Source: Asterias rubens | Taxonomy: Eukaryota | Length of the DNA: 64,000 nt | Reading direction: 5' to 3' | Assembly (NCBI RefSeq): GCF_902459465.1 | Contig: NC_047068.1 | Span: forward strand, 17,980,001-18,044,000 | Shown: positions 13,291-25,750 of the stretch, in pieces | Layout: each line of letters begins with the position of its first letter | Position numbering within the stretch: the stretch's first letter is position 1 | Notes under the pieces: model-generated | Told to the model about the DNA's origin: nothing | The model's input: only the letters and a program-made list of their open reading frames with translations | Databases searched by the model: none | Program-made: the position numbers and the translations under genes

Positions 13291-16200
13291 ATGACATCCC
13301 TACGAGTGGCTGTGGTAAGTAAAAATATTTGGTACTGAATGACTCACTGTCATGGAGGAAGAAATCTATTTCTTCCTCCATGCTGTCTGCAACACTCCTC
13401 GGGACCTCGGGTGGGTCGTTGATTTGTTTAAATAAACTTTGTGTGTCCTCTGCTTACCAGTTTTCACGCTATTATGCCTTTTTCTTTGAATTGGGAAAAA
13501 AATAATGATGCTATATATCAACCGATGCCCCAATTATCTTCATTTGTTAATATGAAGTATGCAAACATGTATTAAAACTTGATTGATGGACATTGAAATG
13601 TTCACACCACCTGACCACACACCGATCTTCAATGACTTCAACTGGCCCCATGTGAAGTTAGCCCAGGTGGGACTCCTCCGTTCAGGCTGAACTTCAGTGC
13701 AGTGGCACTGACTGACATCCTGTAAGGGCTAGCGTGAAGTGATATTTTTCATGGCAGGGGCAATGAAGGCGATTGCGCCCTGGTCATTGCCTTCTTGGTC
13801 TGGTGCCCATGAAATGCTCTTAGTCTTACTTAAGTTTAGTAGAAGTCAACAATTTCCTTCTTGCCCTTTCATCGACAGCGAAGCATACAGGCCTGGGCTT
13901 TAGCCTTCCCCTTACACTTTTAAATGTGGCCATGAGTTGATGGCTTACTTACTTGATCGAAGCAATCTTTAAAGTTTTAGGCCAGTTACTGCGACTGGGG
14001 ATCTGTCGTACTCTTTTTCCCCCTTTTTTTTTCGATAACGATAAATTCTCGGGGGGAAAAATAGTACAGCAACAGCACCCCAGTAACTGGGGTCTATACT
14101 TAAGTAGGCCTTTAAGCATACTTAGGCATACTTAAGTATACTTACTTAGGACTACTTAAGTATACTTAGGCCTACTATAACAAATGTAGCCAGTTTTAAA
14201 AATGTGTTACATGGAGAGTGTTCAAAACCAAACTGCTTAAACAAATTCAACTAATTGCTTTTTTAGGTTACAGGAAGTAACAAGGGTATTGGTTTTGGCA
14301 TCGTGCGAACACTATGCAAGCAGCTTGAGAACGGAATCGTCTACCTCACTGCAAGAGATGAAGGGAGGGGTAAGGAGGCCGTGGCTAAACTCAATCAAGA
14401 AGGACTCCAGCCTAAGTTTCACCAATTGGATATTAACGATGGAGAAAGCGTGGCTAGACTGCGAGAACACCTTAAGACAGTGTATGGAGGGGTGGATATT
14501 CTGGTGAATAATGCAGGGATTGCATTCAAGGTATTATGCTGTCTAGCCTATCTATCAATAGTGTCACCAAATCTTGAAACTAACAGTTAAAAAAGGCTAC
14601 AGCTTTGGTTCAGATTAGGACAATCCGAAAGCTCTAAAAAAATTGTTTTCCATTGATGTGATGAATACTTTAGTCCTGAGCTCATGGAATTTTTTTCCAG
14701 AAACACAGTTCTTATTTGTTTTAGTTGGAATACACTGCTTTAAATCATTGGGGGAAAAAAAACGGGTTTTAAAAAGTTTTCTTGAAAAAGCCCAGAATGG
14801 GGAAAACCCACACAATTAGGTAGGACCTGAGAACCCAATCTGCAGATGGGATTCCAACAGGAACATTTATGAGCAAATGTTATCAATGTAATCAAATACC
14901 AATGACGTATATTTAAATTAAGAAACAAATAACAACAGTGTCCTTTACACTTGTACGCCTTGTAGAGCTTTTCATTAGACAAATTGTTGCTTTTGAAACC
15001 TGATCTGTTTCCTTGAAACTCAATCTTTTCACCATAGGGAATGAGATCTGTGTAGGAGTGTATCATTATTTACATTTTTTTTTCTATTTGTTGTCAGCGA
15101 GCCTCTACTGAGCCCTTTGGAAACCAAGCAGCTATTACTATGGCAACTGACTACAGGGGGACTCTGGATGTGTGTCATTCTTTTCATCCTATACTAAAAC
15201 CCCATGGCAGGTATGTTTAGCAGGGCTCAACATTTACATTGGCCTTTAGCTACCGGGCAATCTCAGTGGTATAGATGGTAAGACGTTGATCTAGAATGGC
15301 AAAGGTTGTGGGTTTGAATCCCATATCCCTGAGTAATTTTGCCTGTGATATTTTTTCTACGAATTCAGGAAAGTACCAAGTTAACATTGCTTACACTCAA
15401 TGGTGTCAGGGTAAGTTATGGGTTATTAAAGATGAGTTGTAAGAGTTGCAATGTGAATACAAGATAAGACCTTGGTTCTTTTATTGACATCTTGCATAGT
15501 AAATTGTCAACAGAGGGCGCTATATAGATGTTACGGTATGGAGAGTTGACCACATAATAAATTGAGGAAATACGTTTGAAGAAGCCTTTTATACCATGCA
15601 ATAAATATTTGCAATAGACTGTTTACCCTGTTGGCCTTGGAGTTTATGCAGTTCAAAACACACAAACACATAATTAAGACAAGGAGCAATGTTCCCTCCG
15701 TCAATCCAGTGGTGTTTATGGACATTTCGTTTTTCATGTGGAAGGGATCATTGCCAATAATCAAGACAAAATGAAATTAACCAACAGACTGATTTAAGTG
15801 CACTTTCTTCTTATGCACACAAATGTTTCCCATACTTTATGATCCCTGATTCCCATTATTTTATTTACTACGATGAATTCCGTTCATAATTTTTTTGTTT
15901 ACAGGATTGTAAATGTTTCCAGCATGAATGGAGTGAAAGCGTTTGATGAATTGAGCGAGGAGAACAAAGCTCATTTCAGAGCCATCAAAACAGAGGAGGA
16001 CATCAACCTTTTGTTGAAAGATTTTATAGAGTGAGTATGTATTGACATTGACATTCAACTCTGTATGCATCCCACTCGGCTGAAGACAAAAACCAACATG
16101 CAGTACAGTAAATGCCCCAACCTTTCCTGGCCTGGAAAGTCATCTTTGAGATGGCAAGGCCATTTTAAATTTGCAAAGGGCACTTCCATCGGAAAATTTG

Positions 16201-18088
16201 AAAGTCTATCCGAAACATTTGAAGGGACACCAAGGCCAAGACCAGGGGCAACAGAGCCAAGGCCTCTGTGTAGTTCAAGGCCTGCCATACCCCGGAAATG
16301 CCACCATACTGGCACTCAAGAAAAATTACAAGACAACTTCATACTTTTACTGGAGAGGGAAAACAGTGACTCTTGTAAGGAACGTGCCAAAATCCAATCT
16401 CGCATTGGAGTCTTCCATTTCACTAATTTTACATTATTGAATTATAGCTCCTGAATAATGTGCTCAATATAAATTATTTCTGGATTTCACCAATGGAGGA
16501 CGCTAGCGCGTTTACACAGTGTGAGTGAATGCATTACACAAAATGGGTATCTTAAGAAATTGCATAGCAGATGCATCATGGTGTATAGGCAAACATATTA
16601 TATGCAAAGATAAAAGGGTAATTGTCACAAGAGAATTATATACTCTTGTCACACTCGAAGATGTTATAAAATTGAAACATAAATTGTGGAGATAACTTCC
16701 CAGGGATATGTGTTCATTTGGCATTGAAAATAACTAAGGTCTGTGATTTCTCCACCATTCTCTCCAGAGCTGCCAAAGAGGGTGACCACAAAAGTAAAGG
16801 TTGGCCCAGCTCGGCATATGGAACAGTTAAACTTGGATTAATCTGCGGAACTAAACTATTGGGAGAGGCTGTGCAGAAGGACAGGCCTCAAGATGATATA
16901 CTCATTATGGCTGTAAGTGCTTGAGATTTGTCTCCATTAAAGGAGCAACATAATTAATGCAGGTGTGTTTTTAAAAAAGTGTTTCAAAAAAGTAGGGATC
17001 AATTCAGAACAAGGCTAAAGCTAAGTAGCTAGACTTTTTTAGTGGTGGGTGCTAATATGCAAAGTCATTCACGTTTACTAGGGCCAGCATTGTTGGAGTG
17101 ACAGGTTTCCAAACTGTTCATGTAATGGAGCCATTCAATAAGTTAAATGGCCTTTTGACTATGTTCTTTCTCTGTGACATTTTATACACCTTATCATATC
17201 TTTACTGCGATAAATGCACAGTGGACAATAATTTGGGGTAAATCTATGCTGGGTGGCACAGTGGATTCTGCTCACTGTGCTGCTGGGCAAACATTTTGAG
17301 CTGTGTGCAGGCCCGCCTGGCGCCGTCCAGAGTGGCGGAAATAACTCGGACTACTAGTCTCTCTGGAACATTGCAGTGTTTCAGAGATGGATTGGCAGAA
17401 CAAATAGTGGGAATTATGATCAATTATCCATATCGTCACCAGTTTTCAGTATAGTTAATAACAACCTATACATGCTATTGTAGAAGTCCCAGCTGATTTT
17501 CTACCTTCTGCCCAGGTACATGTAGCTGTTAAAAAGCAGGACAGTTCTTTGAGAATTGAGAATTGAGAAGTCTCCAGAAAATCTGAGCAATCTACTCCGC
17601 AGTTGGTAGAATATATAGCAAGACAGTTGTCAAAGAAACAAACTCTTCCTTGAAAGTAGACACACAAAATCATGGTTTTACCGCAAACTCATTGTTCAAG
17701 TTACTTTTCCACCACATTGAAATAGAAAAGGTTAATACAAATTGTGCCCTGTGGGGTTGAACAACATCTTCCCATTGAATTCAGTAGTGAATACTTCACA
17801 AGTTCCAGAGTCAATTTTTAGTCAGCTATTTAAACATGGATTGGCAACTATAGTTGGAAGAATATCCCCCTCTAGTGGTGATTACATTACATATGTATAA
17901 CTTTCAAAAACTTTGTCTCATTGCAGTGCTGCCCTGGTCATGTTAGAACAGACATGAGCAGTCAACAGGGAGTGAAGACAATCGATGAAGGGGCTGATAC
18001 GCCAGTCTACCTTGCCCTACTGTCGTCTGGTTCCACAGAGTTCAACGGAAAAATGTACTTCGATAGAGCACTGGTTGAATTCATGTGA
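13291..18088 (+). CDS. CBR1: Carbonyl reductase 1-like SDR, 277 aa, 6 coding exons
   Basis: Exons 13291-13314 (MTSLRVAV), 14267-14530, 15098-15210, 15905-16030, 16768-16912, 17927-18088. All junctions GT-AG with matching phases, total 834 nt. Motifs: TGSNKGIG, TARD, NNAGIAF, VNVSS, YGTVK, CCPGHVRTDM. CBR1 vs CBR3-type orthology is not resolvable by eye. Confidence 0.93.
13724..13895 (-). mobile_element. CAGG-ended MITE family C copy
   Basis: Reverse copy of the ggcaccaaggcaatgaccagggg/ggcaatcgcc core seen at 42253-42428; ends caggcctg. Confidence 0.6.
15256..15430 (+). mobile_element. tRNA-derived SINE in CBR intron
   Basis: A-box-like agtggtatagatggtaag and B-box ggtttgaatcc (15311-15321), followed by a non-tRNA body. 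The cloverleaf is degenerate. Confidence 0.7.
16126..16284 (+). mobile_element. CAGG-ended MITE family C copy
   Basis: Core gaagggacaccaaggccaagaccaggggcaac; ends aaggcctg. Flanks cctttc/ccatac may be a decayed 6-bp TSD. Confidence 0.65.
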
Positions 18089-20648
18089 GCAGGTTATCTG
18101 ACTGATTTTCACTCAAGTTCTAGCCCATAAAGTATTATTCTGGTCTCTCAGATGGTTGATATTTTTTAAGTATTTAAATTCATTTTGGGATTTATTCAAG
18201 CTTATCAGCACATAAAGTATTATTCTCTCTGGTTGTTAGTATACTTATTTCTTTCAGTTCATGTTTGTAATAAACATTCATATCATTATTATTATTATTA
18301 TTATTATTAAAGATGGAGTTTTGATTATCAAATAATAGCTTTCAACTCGTAGTGGGATTTTCAAGCAATAATTCAGTGAATTTTCAGATTTTCAGTTTGT
18401 TGACATTGCTGTTATATTTATGAAATATTTACACAACTGTTCAAGGAGAACTCACTGCTTCTTCAAGCCCTATGAAATTTTGGGGAACTTCACTTGCCTT
18501 TTTGTTCTTGTCGTTAAGTAAATGTGGGGGGAATAGGAACGTGAATTTTTATAGTTGTCAACAAGATAAAAATTCTAACATGGTATTTTCTTAAATATTT
18601 AGTATACAATTATTCGTAGAGAACTCCCACTGCCTCTTCCAGCCCAATGAAATTGGTGATATTTTTTAGCACTTGCCCTTTGTGTTCCTGTCATGAAATG
18701 ATTGGGGGAATTGAACTAAGATCCCCACCCAGAGGTTAAAGGGACTCGACAATTTATTGAAAAAGCAACATTATATTTAATACACAATTATTTATAATAT
18801 ATAAATACATGTATAGCACACACCTTTAGAAGAAAGACTCTAAGTGCTAACAGAGAGTTTACCTCAGCCCAATGAAATTGGGTTGTTGGCTAGAGTTGGG
18901 GGGATAAATGGACAGTTTGCTGACCTGTGAGACCGAAACTAACACTTATGTGTAAACTTAAAAAGTTGAGAACAAAGATACAATTTGTTATTTGATTTTA
19001 AAACCAAAGTACATATATAAAGAGTGAAGGGAATAACTAAAGATACATCAACTCCTGCCATGTTTATTTTTTTATTGTAGCTGAATCTAAAGGGATCATG
19101 ACGAAGGACTTACATAGTTCTTGTGAATTTTGTTTTTTTACAATTATTTTAAAATAAATTCTGACAGAAAAAAACATTAAGTTTAATTTCTTTGATTTAT
19201 TTTATGTGCATTCATTCAAAGTAACACCAAAGGATGTTGTTAAATTCCTATGAACTTAAGTTATAATTTTGTCTCATATTTGGTGGAATAAATAAATTGT
19301 GATATTTATTGGGCCTAAAACTAAAAACAAGAAATCCTTACGGAATATTGTTTTATTGGTTCCATGTAACCTTTTGCTACTCCCGGTGCCACCCCCCCCC
19401 CCCCTCCCCCCACCGAGAAACCGTCCCTTATAGGGCATGGGCTGCATGAGGGGGCGTTATCAGGAAAAGAGGGTGCTGTCAGTGTGTACACATTCACCCA
19501 ACTTGTAATAAACTCCCTTAGAATAGTGGAAAATGCTAAATATTCACGTAAGGCTGACTGCTGAGTATGCTTCGGTTTTTGTGTGAATATTTAGCATACT
19601 GACTCTTCGGAACTACTATCCTCTGCTACAGTTTATGTGTGAGGCCCTGAGCCCGTCGAGTTATTTCCCTCCAAATCAAATTACATAACAAGCGTCCGAG
19701 CAGCGAGCACCAATCTCATCAACCAGAATAATAATAATGTCCCTACACATCTCGACAAAATATGACCATTTTTATGTCAGGGCCAGTCAACCAAATACCT
19801 CGAATCAGAGTTCAACAACCGCATGTCACAATTTATTGAGCACAATATCCCATTGGGTGGGGGGGGGGGGCTCTCAAGTAGGTTCGAGACGTGGGGCCAT
19901 TATACAATTGTTTTCTTTTTTCATTAAACGTGAAAATACTGCTTAGCAAATTTCTTTGTTAAGCAAACAATAAGTGGGACACCAGTTGCAACAATGCAAA
20001 CTTTATGGAATTTTGGTTGATATAACCAGTCAAGTTATGTTATGCAAGATTTGTCTGTGCTTAGTAACAGGCTTTTTAAAAATTGGGTCAATGACCCGAT
20101 TTCATTAAAATAATATTTTATTGTATGACTGGTAACCATTGTCCAGTGAGCAAGTAATATTTATATTATGCTTGGCGAAGCAAGTCCAGCTCTTGTCGCT
20201 GATATTGATAATAATGAGGATGACCCATTTAGTGGGACGCCGCTATATCGTCTCAAAAGTCTCCCATTGTTGCTATGCAGAGTATTGTTTCAAGGTTCAA
20301 GGTTCATTTTATTTCCACAGTATCAAAAGACAAAAAAACAATATCAAACAGCAGTCAAAAGAAATCATTACAACAATAAAAAATAATCGTTTCACAACAT
20401 AGGTTTGAAGAAATAGATGCATAACAATGTTGACACTGCGGAGGGATCCATTTAAGAAGCAAAGCGTGTAGGCAATGGTCCCTTATGACATGCATATGCA
20501 TTGAGATTATAAAATAATGTCAAGTGAACCGTAGAGGTCCGTGGACGAGTTGAGCCACCAATGAACAAAAAATAACAGCAGGTCTCAATGCATATGCATG
20601 TTGTTTCAGTAAATGGTAGGCCTATATAGGGGCATACTGACTTATTAA

Positions 20649-21013
20649 AGGCACTTACACTATAGGTGATTACTCAAAATAATTATTAGCATAAAACCTT
20701 ACTTGGTAACAAGTAACGGGGAGGGGTTGATAGTATAAAACATTGTGAGAAACGGCTCCCTCTGAAGTAACGTTGTTTTCGATAAAGAAGTAATTTTCCC
20801 GGAATTAGATTTCGAGACACCGGATTTAGAATTTGAGGTCTCGAAATCAAGCATCTGAAACAACACAACTTCGTGCGACAAGGGTGTTTTTTATTTTATA
20901 TTATCTCGCAACTTCGACGACCAATTCATAAGCTCAAATTTTGACAGGTTTGTTATTTAATGCATAAGTATGTTGAGATACACCAAGTGAGAAGACTGGT
21001 CTTTGAAAATTAC
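20649..21013 (+). mobile_element. MITE family A copy, right end truncated
   Basis: ttaa|aggcacttacactatagg...; colinear with 9200-9581 up to gaagactggtctttga. Confidence 0.85.
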
Positions 21014-22033
21014 TGTTTCTACCTTCATTAGGTCCCCTATCGACAGAATTTATGTTTTTATTGCCGCCGTAAGCGTTACAGTAATATTGGCGAGACATGT
21101 ACAAACCTTAAAGGAAGTTTGCATCTATTTTTGTCCAGTCAGCCCCATTGACGAGACAAGTGTGACGTAACAATTATTGACGTTTCTATGTGATTGTGCG
21201 ACAGCGCGTTAGCGTTGCTATTGGTAGCGTTGCTATAGATAGTGCATTATGCAGAAGCGGCCATGTTGGTACTCTTTTCACCACCCGACTGACATAAACG
21301 GCCTTAACAAAGGCATATTATATTAACGGTAAATGACTTGACGATTTTTAGCAGTCAGGAATTGCAGTGTTGGTGCGCAATGGAACTGAACAGACAGGCT
21401 GTGTATCACACTATTACCTAGACGAGCTGAAAGCAGAATAGGGCCTCACCACACATCGGCACAAATGAATTGCGATCGTTCAGATGAAAAAGGTGAAGGT
21501 ATTCCTGTCTCAAGAATGGTTGATTTTCACCTGAGATTTTCCTCTTTTTTTTTCAACTGGTCATCATTAATCCTGTAATTAACGCGGTCATCTGGTTGTA
21601 AAAGAGATATCAATCCAGGTTGGACTCTTCCGTTGCAGACACCGACGTTCTACCAGGGACATGTGTATACTGGATACTTCTACCTGTTGCTCTACAAATC
21701 ACTTGTGCAGAATGAAAGTGGGAACAACAATGAGCATTTTGTTTTTTATTTATTGACATATAATCGTCTACGCACGAGAGAAAACTAACGACAATTTTAG
21801 GCAGCAGACCTTTTGAAACTCGTCGTACCTTTTTTTTGTACATCTATACTATTACTAAGGAATTGCAGTGACTCACTGTGCGGCTAAAGAGTTGCAGTTT
21901 GTACTACCAAACACCAAACACTTAAGGAGGCAACTAACATCCTGAACTGTATGCCAGATAAGTATACCCATCGCGTTGGTTAGCAGCACTATTTTGACAA
22001 TCTTGTAAAACGACTTTAGAGTCTACGTGCAAT

Positions 22034-23866
22034 ATGGGAGGACAAGGGGGACGCAGGGGAGGTGGGAGACGCCGGGCTCACCGTACTGGGGCCAGGCATC
22101 GTCATCGGGGTGGTGGAGGTCGAGGCTTGAACATATTTTTCCACGGGGGTGGAGGACCGCATCAAGCCCTCATCCAGCGCCGTCTGGTCTCCATTTTAAT
22201 TAGTTTCGGATTCGGCATTGGGTTGATGCTTTATGGTATAACGGCGGTTCTCATCTACCCAACTTTTCCATGGCAAGGGTTTAGCTTCATTGGTATAGGG
22301 ATTATGCTGATATTGATTTCAGTCGTTGGTATTTGGAAAGTCAAACAGCTTCGCCAACACCAACAACAACATCAGCAAGGGCAAGAAGGAACAGTGCACA
22401 TTCCACCAGGAAACATTGGATCACAAGTAACAACACAACAGCAGCAACACATATGGACAACAGAGCAGAATATGACAGCAGCCCCACCTTACGGTGCAGG
22501 ACAAGAACCCCCACCTGGGTATGCAGCAACAGTGGGTCCGATGGGACACTCTCAACCACCCTACCCCCAACCAGGAGGTACTGTACCGCCCTACACCCAA
22601 CCAGCTGGACAGCCCTACCCACAACCAGGAGGTCCAGTGCCACCCTACCCACAACCAGGAGGTCCAGTGCCACCCTACCCCCAACCAGGAGGTCCAGTGC
22701 CACCCTATACCCAACCAGGGGGTGTGGCACCTTATCCTGAATACCCAGCACCACCTGGAGTTGTGCAATCCTCACCTCCACAAACCATCGCTAATCAGCC
22801 ACAACTGTATCATGTGCAGCCGTACTCAGCATCAGATGGGTATGTACACGAGTATACATAGACATAGATAAAAACGAAATCGAAAATTTTGTACCCATCA
22901 GTGTTATGATATTAAACAAATCACATTAGATATTAGGCCTGTATTGAAAGGTTTTCGGTAACACCGTAAGATGACTATCTCTGAGTTGGGGTGGTTCTGA
23001 AAACAACCGTTGGTTTCAACTCGATATTTCGATCAGTATGCTCTGATTGTCTTCTGGAGAAAGCTGCCTTCCGTGATCTTTTTCTGGAGAAAGCTTTCTC
23101 CAGAAGACGATCAGAGCATACTGATCGAAACATCGAGTTAAGAAACCAACGGTACTTTTTAGAACCACCTAACTCATTAGAGATAGTCATTACATGGTGT
23201 TACCGCAAACTGTATTCCATATCGTATTTCCACCATGCAAAGTTACAAATCCTACATTAGATATTCATGTGTCATTGTTATAGTGAAAATAATTTCATCC
23301 AGAAATCAGAGATACCAACTTAACTGCAACCCTTTTAAAAGAGGAATGTCGGAAAATTCACCACTTCAAACACATGAAATGGCCGGGGAACACTTATGTT
23401 CTGAATAAGCAGGACACGGGTGTAATTTTAAGTGAATGAAAGCGTACAATTTGACTAAACTCTTGTTTATTTACGGAAAATGTTCCGAATGTATAAGCTT
23501 TTATTAATTTATACAAAAGTCCTAGGTTTAAAGAAGAAAAAGGGGGAAACTAAAATAATTCTGGCAAACGAAATCTACTGTTAAAATGCTACTCTGTTAT
23601 AGTTTTATCAAAGTTAGCCTAACATTTAAAGTGGTTAGAGCGAGGTTGTACAACCTTTTGTGGCACTGATTTATTTGTATGTCTTTTTCCTGTGTTGTTA
23701 TCCTTAAATTGACGACATCATTTTCCTTTCTCCACCATACAGAAACACACAGGCACCCTATCCACCCGGCGACCCTTCCCAGGGACCAGCACCAATTAAC
23801 CCACCAGTGACGGAACCACCGCCACCATCTTACGAAGTGATTGTTATGAATGAGCAGAATAAGTGA
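22034..23866 (+). CDS. Unnamed 2-TM membrane protein with Gly/Arg-rich N-terminus and Pro/Tyr-rich PPxY tail (paralog 1), 309 aa
   Basis: Exon 1 22034-22839 ends gg|gtatgt. Exon 2 23743-23866 follows catacag| in phase 2 and encodes ...EPPPPSYEVIVMNEQNK*. Two hydrophobic segments (LVSILISFGFGIGLMLYGITAVLIY; FSFIGIGIMLILISVVGIW) and 30-nt PYPQPGGPVP repeats. Confidence 0.85.
22934..23256. mobile_element. Foldback element with about 110-bp inverted arms, in intron of paralog 1
   Basis: Arms 22956-23064 and 23093-23205 are near-complementary. A half copy lies at 61434-61574. Confidence 0.8.
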
Positions 23867-24899
23867 CAATATCATCAACCCCTACTTAGATTAAATATCC
23901 AATCTTAACTGCCTCGATTGTTTTCATTGTTGGACTTTATTATTATGGTAAAACTCAAATTTCAAAGGTGTGAAATATCCACGTTGTTTGAACATTTTAG
24001 TACAAAGCTGAATTCCGCTTGCAGTGGTCTATTTCCCACAAAAACACAATGAATTAATGAAAGTTAAGAAAGGTGTCATTATCCATGTCTTTTGTCTTCT
24101 CTAAAAAAAAATCGGGTCATCTTCAAAATGAATAATTTGTCAGCACCCCTGCGCAATTTATTATTTTCGTAACTCTGTTTTACTCATTTCCCAAAAACTA
24201 CAGCACCTCAGCACGTAATTTTTCAGGGAAGCTTTCTACGTTCATTATTTTCAAACTGTAAGTTTAGTGTAAATAAGTGGACACTGTGTTTTTTGTCCTA
24301 CAAAAGTTACATAGACTCTATAATAATAGTAGCAAAAAAATGTTTTTATTTTTAAAAAATCTAATAACAAGAATATTGATTTATTTGTTCCTTTTTGTAT
24401 GTTTTTTCCACCACACTGCCTTTTAACATTGCTCAACGAGTATTTTGTTTTATTAAAGTAGTGTCTTTATATCTCATGTCATTGCTATCAAAGTGTCATT
24501 TATTTTATTGGTTGTTATTGTTAATTGTTTACAACCACAATGGTTGTCACAATACATGGTATTCTAAGTAGTAACAATGGGTCAGGTTTTTTCTCACACC
24601 CTGCCTCGTTTTCGTATTATTTTGAAGTACCAAGATAAGAGTTGACATTGTCACTAACAAAAAGTCGCTTCCACTTGATATGTAATTTTACCACTATGCA
24701 CAAAGCTAGCTGCACTTTTCCTATCAATGTATCACATACAAACACACAGACTTTGTTTAGAAGTGATTCGAGGTTTGTATATGATCTTCTTCCTCCATGA
24801 TCTACCAGAGTTATCACAACCAAATGGATTTTGTATGGTATATTCGCTGTTATCACACAAGAGCAATAGATAAACTGATAATAAGTACATGGTTACCGT

Positions 24900-25198
24900 A
24901 AGTTTCATAGAGCTGCTTAAGCGGAACATATTGCTTATACCAATTTTTTGCTTAACAGAAATGAGCAAGACACCAGTCACAAAGTATATTGTACATGTGT
25001 GACATGGTAGTTTGTCTGCCAGTTTGGTAAGCATAATTTTGTTGTGGTTAGCTACTTTGTGTTTAAGGAGCCGAATTAACACACACACACAAAATCATCG
25101 GAGACAAATAGTGATTTTTCTTTTGACATCACACTCACTTAGCGACTACGATTGATTTACAGTTCAATAGATCTTAGTTATTTTGTGAAATTGGCCCC
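24900..25198. mobile_element. GGGCCC-family MITE, left end eroded
   Basis: tttcatagagctgcttaagc ... ttttgtgaaattggcccc, matching the ends of 35052-35309. Confidence 0.6.
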
Positions 25199-25750
25199 TT
25201 ATGACGTGTCACCGACCCCCTTTCGATTCATTCATACGTCACGCTGCAACGGGTTTCATTGTGACATTTTACATAACAAAACAGTGTCCTTCAACCCGTA
25301 ATAATGGGCAGTACACATCATTGACCTTCATATCACCAATACAGTAGCCAATATCCAAACGGGTGCTTTACTAGACGAGTCACAGTTGTAATGTGAATTT
25401 CAAGTGCATTCTGATATAGGCTATGGGGTGTCAATTTCATGCACAGTCATCTACATTATCATCATTGGTGTGGTAAAAAACATGGTATCTATGCCTTCTC
25501 TTTAGAAACAACAAAGGCTGGATGTAGTGAAAACATGGCATATTAGATCTTCTTGCTGGGTGTGTCAGTACTGTGGAATGAGTTAACTGAACTGTTTCTT
25601 GGTGTACAGATGCATGTAGGGCACTCATGACATCCATGTTAACTGCTTCAGTTTAATTCATCAATCAGTTTTGTTCTCGCCGTAGTGTGCGACCGTCTTT
25701 ATAAACGAGCTCACTAGTGCATTGGACTTAATGTGGGCCTACCCGTCGGA

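Noticed and set aside
15256-15322. Possible tRNA genes here and at 31658 and 54614
   Set aside because: A and B boxes are present, but stems do not close and SINE bodies follow; called SINE heads.
16065-16454. 129-aa and 89-aa ORFs inside the CBR intron
   Set aside because: They run through a family C MITE found many times in the window; no transposase motifs.
19391-19412. Poly-C/G runs here and elsewhere as G-quadruplex elements
   Set aside because: Simple homopolymers scattered through the window with no consistent context.
22034-22156. Similarity to sea urchin Transformer (185/333) immune proteins
   Set aside because: Only Gly/Arg/His composition is shared; there is no signal peptide or RGD, and two internal TM helices are present.
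22034-22861. Single-exon 275-aa model for paralog 1 (and 25903-26640 for paralog 2)
   Set aside because: A phase-matched downstream exon with PPxY exists in both genes, so the spliced model is preferred. The read-through form is kept only as a possible isoform.
22333-22871. Alternative-frame and antisense ORFs over the proline-rich repeats (also 51379-52149, 37388-37813, 38296-38490)
   Set aside because: Shadow ORFs produced by stop-poor low-complexity coding sequence.
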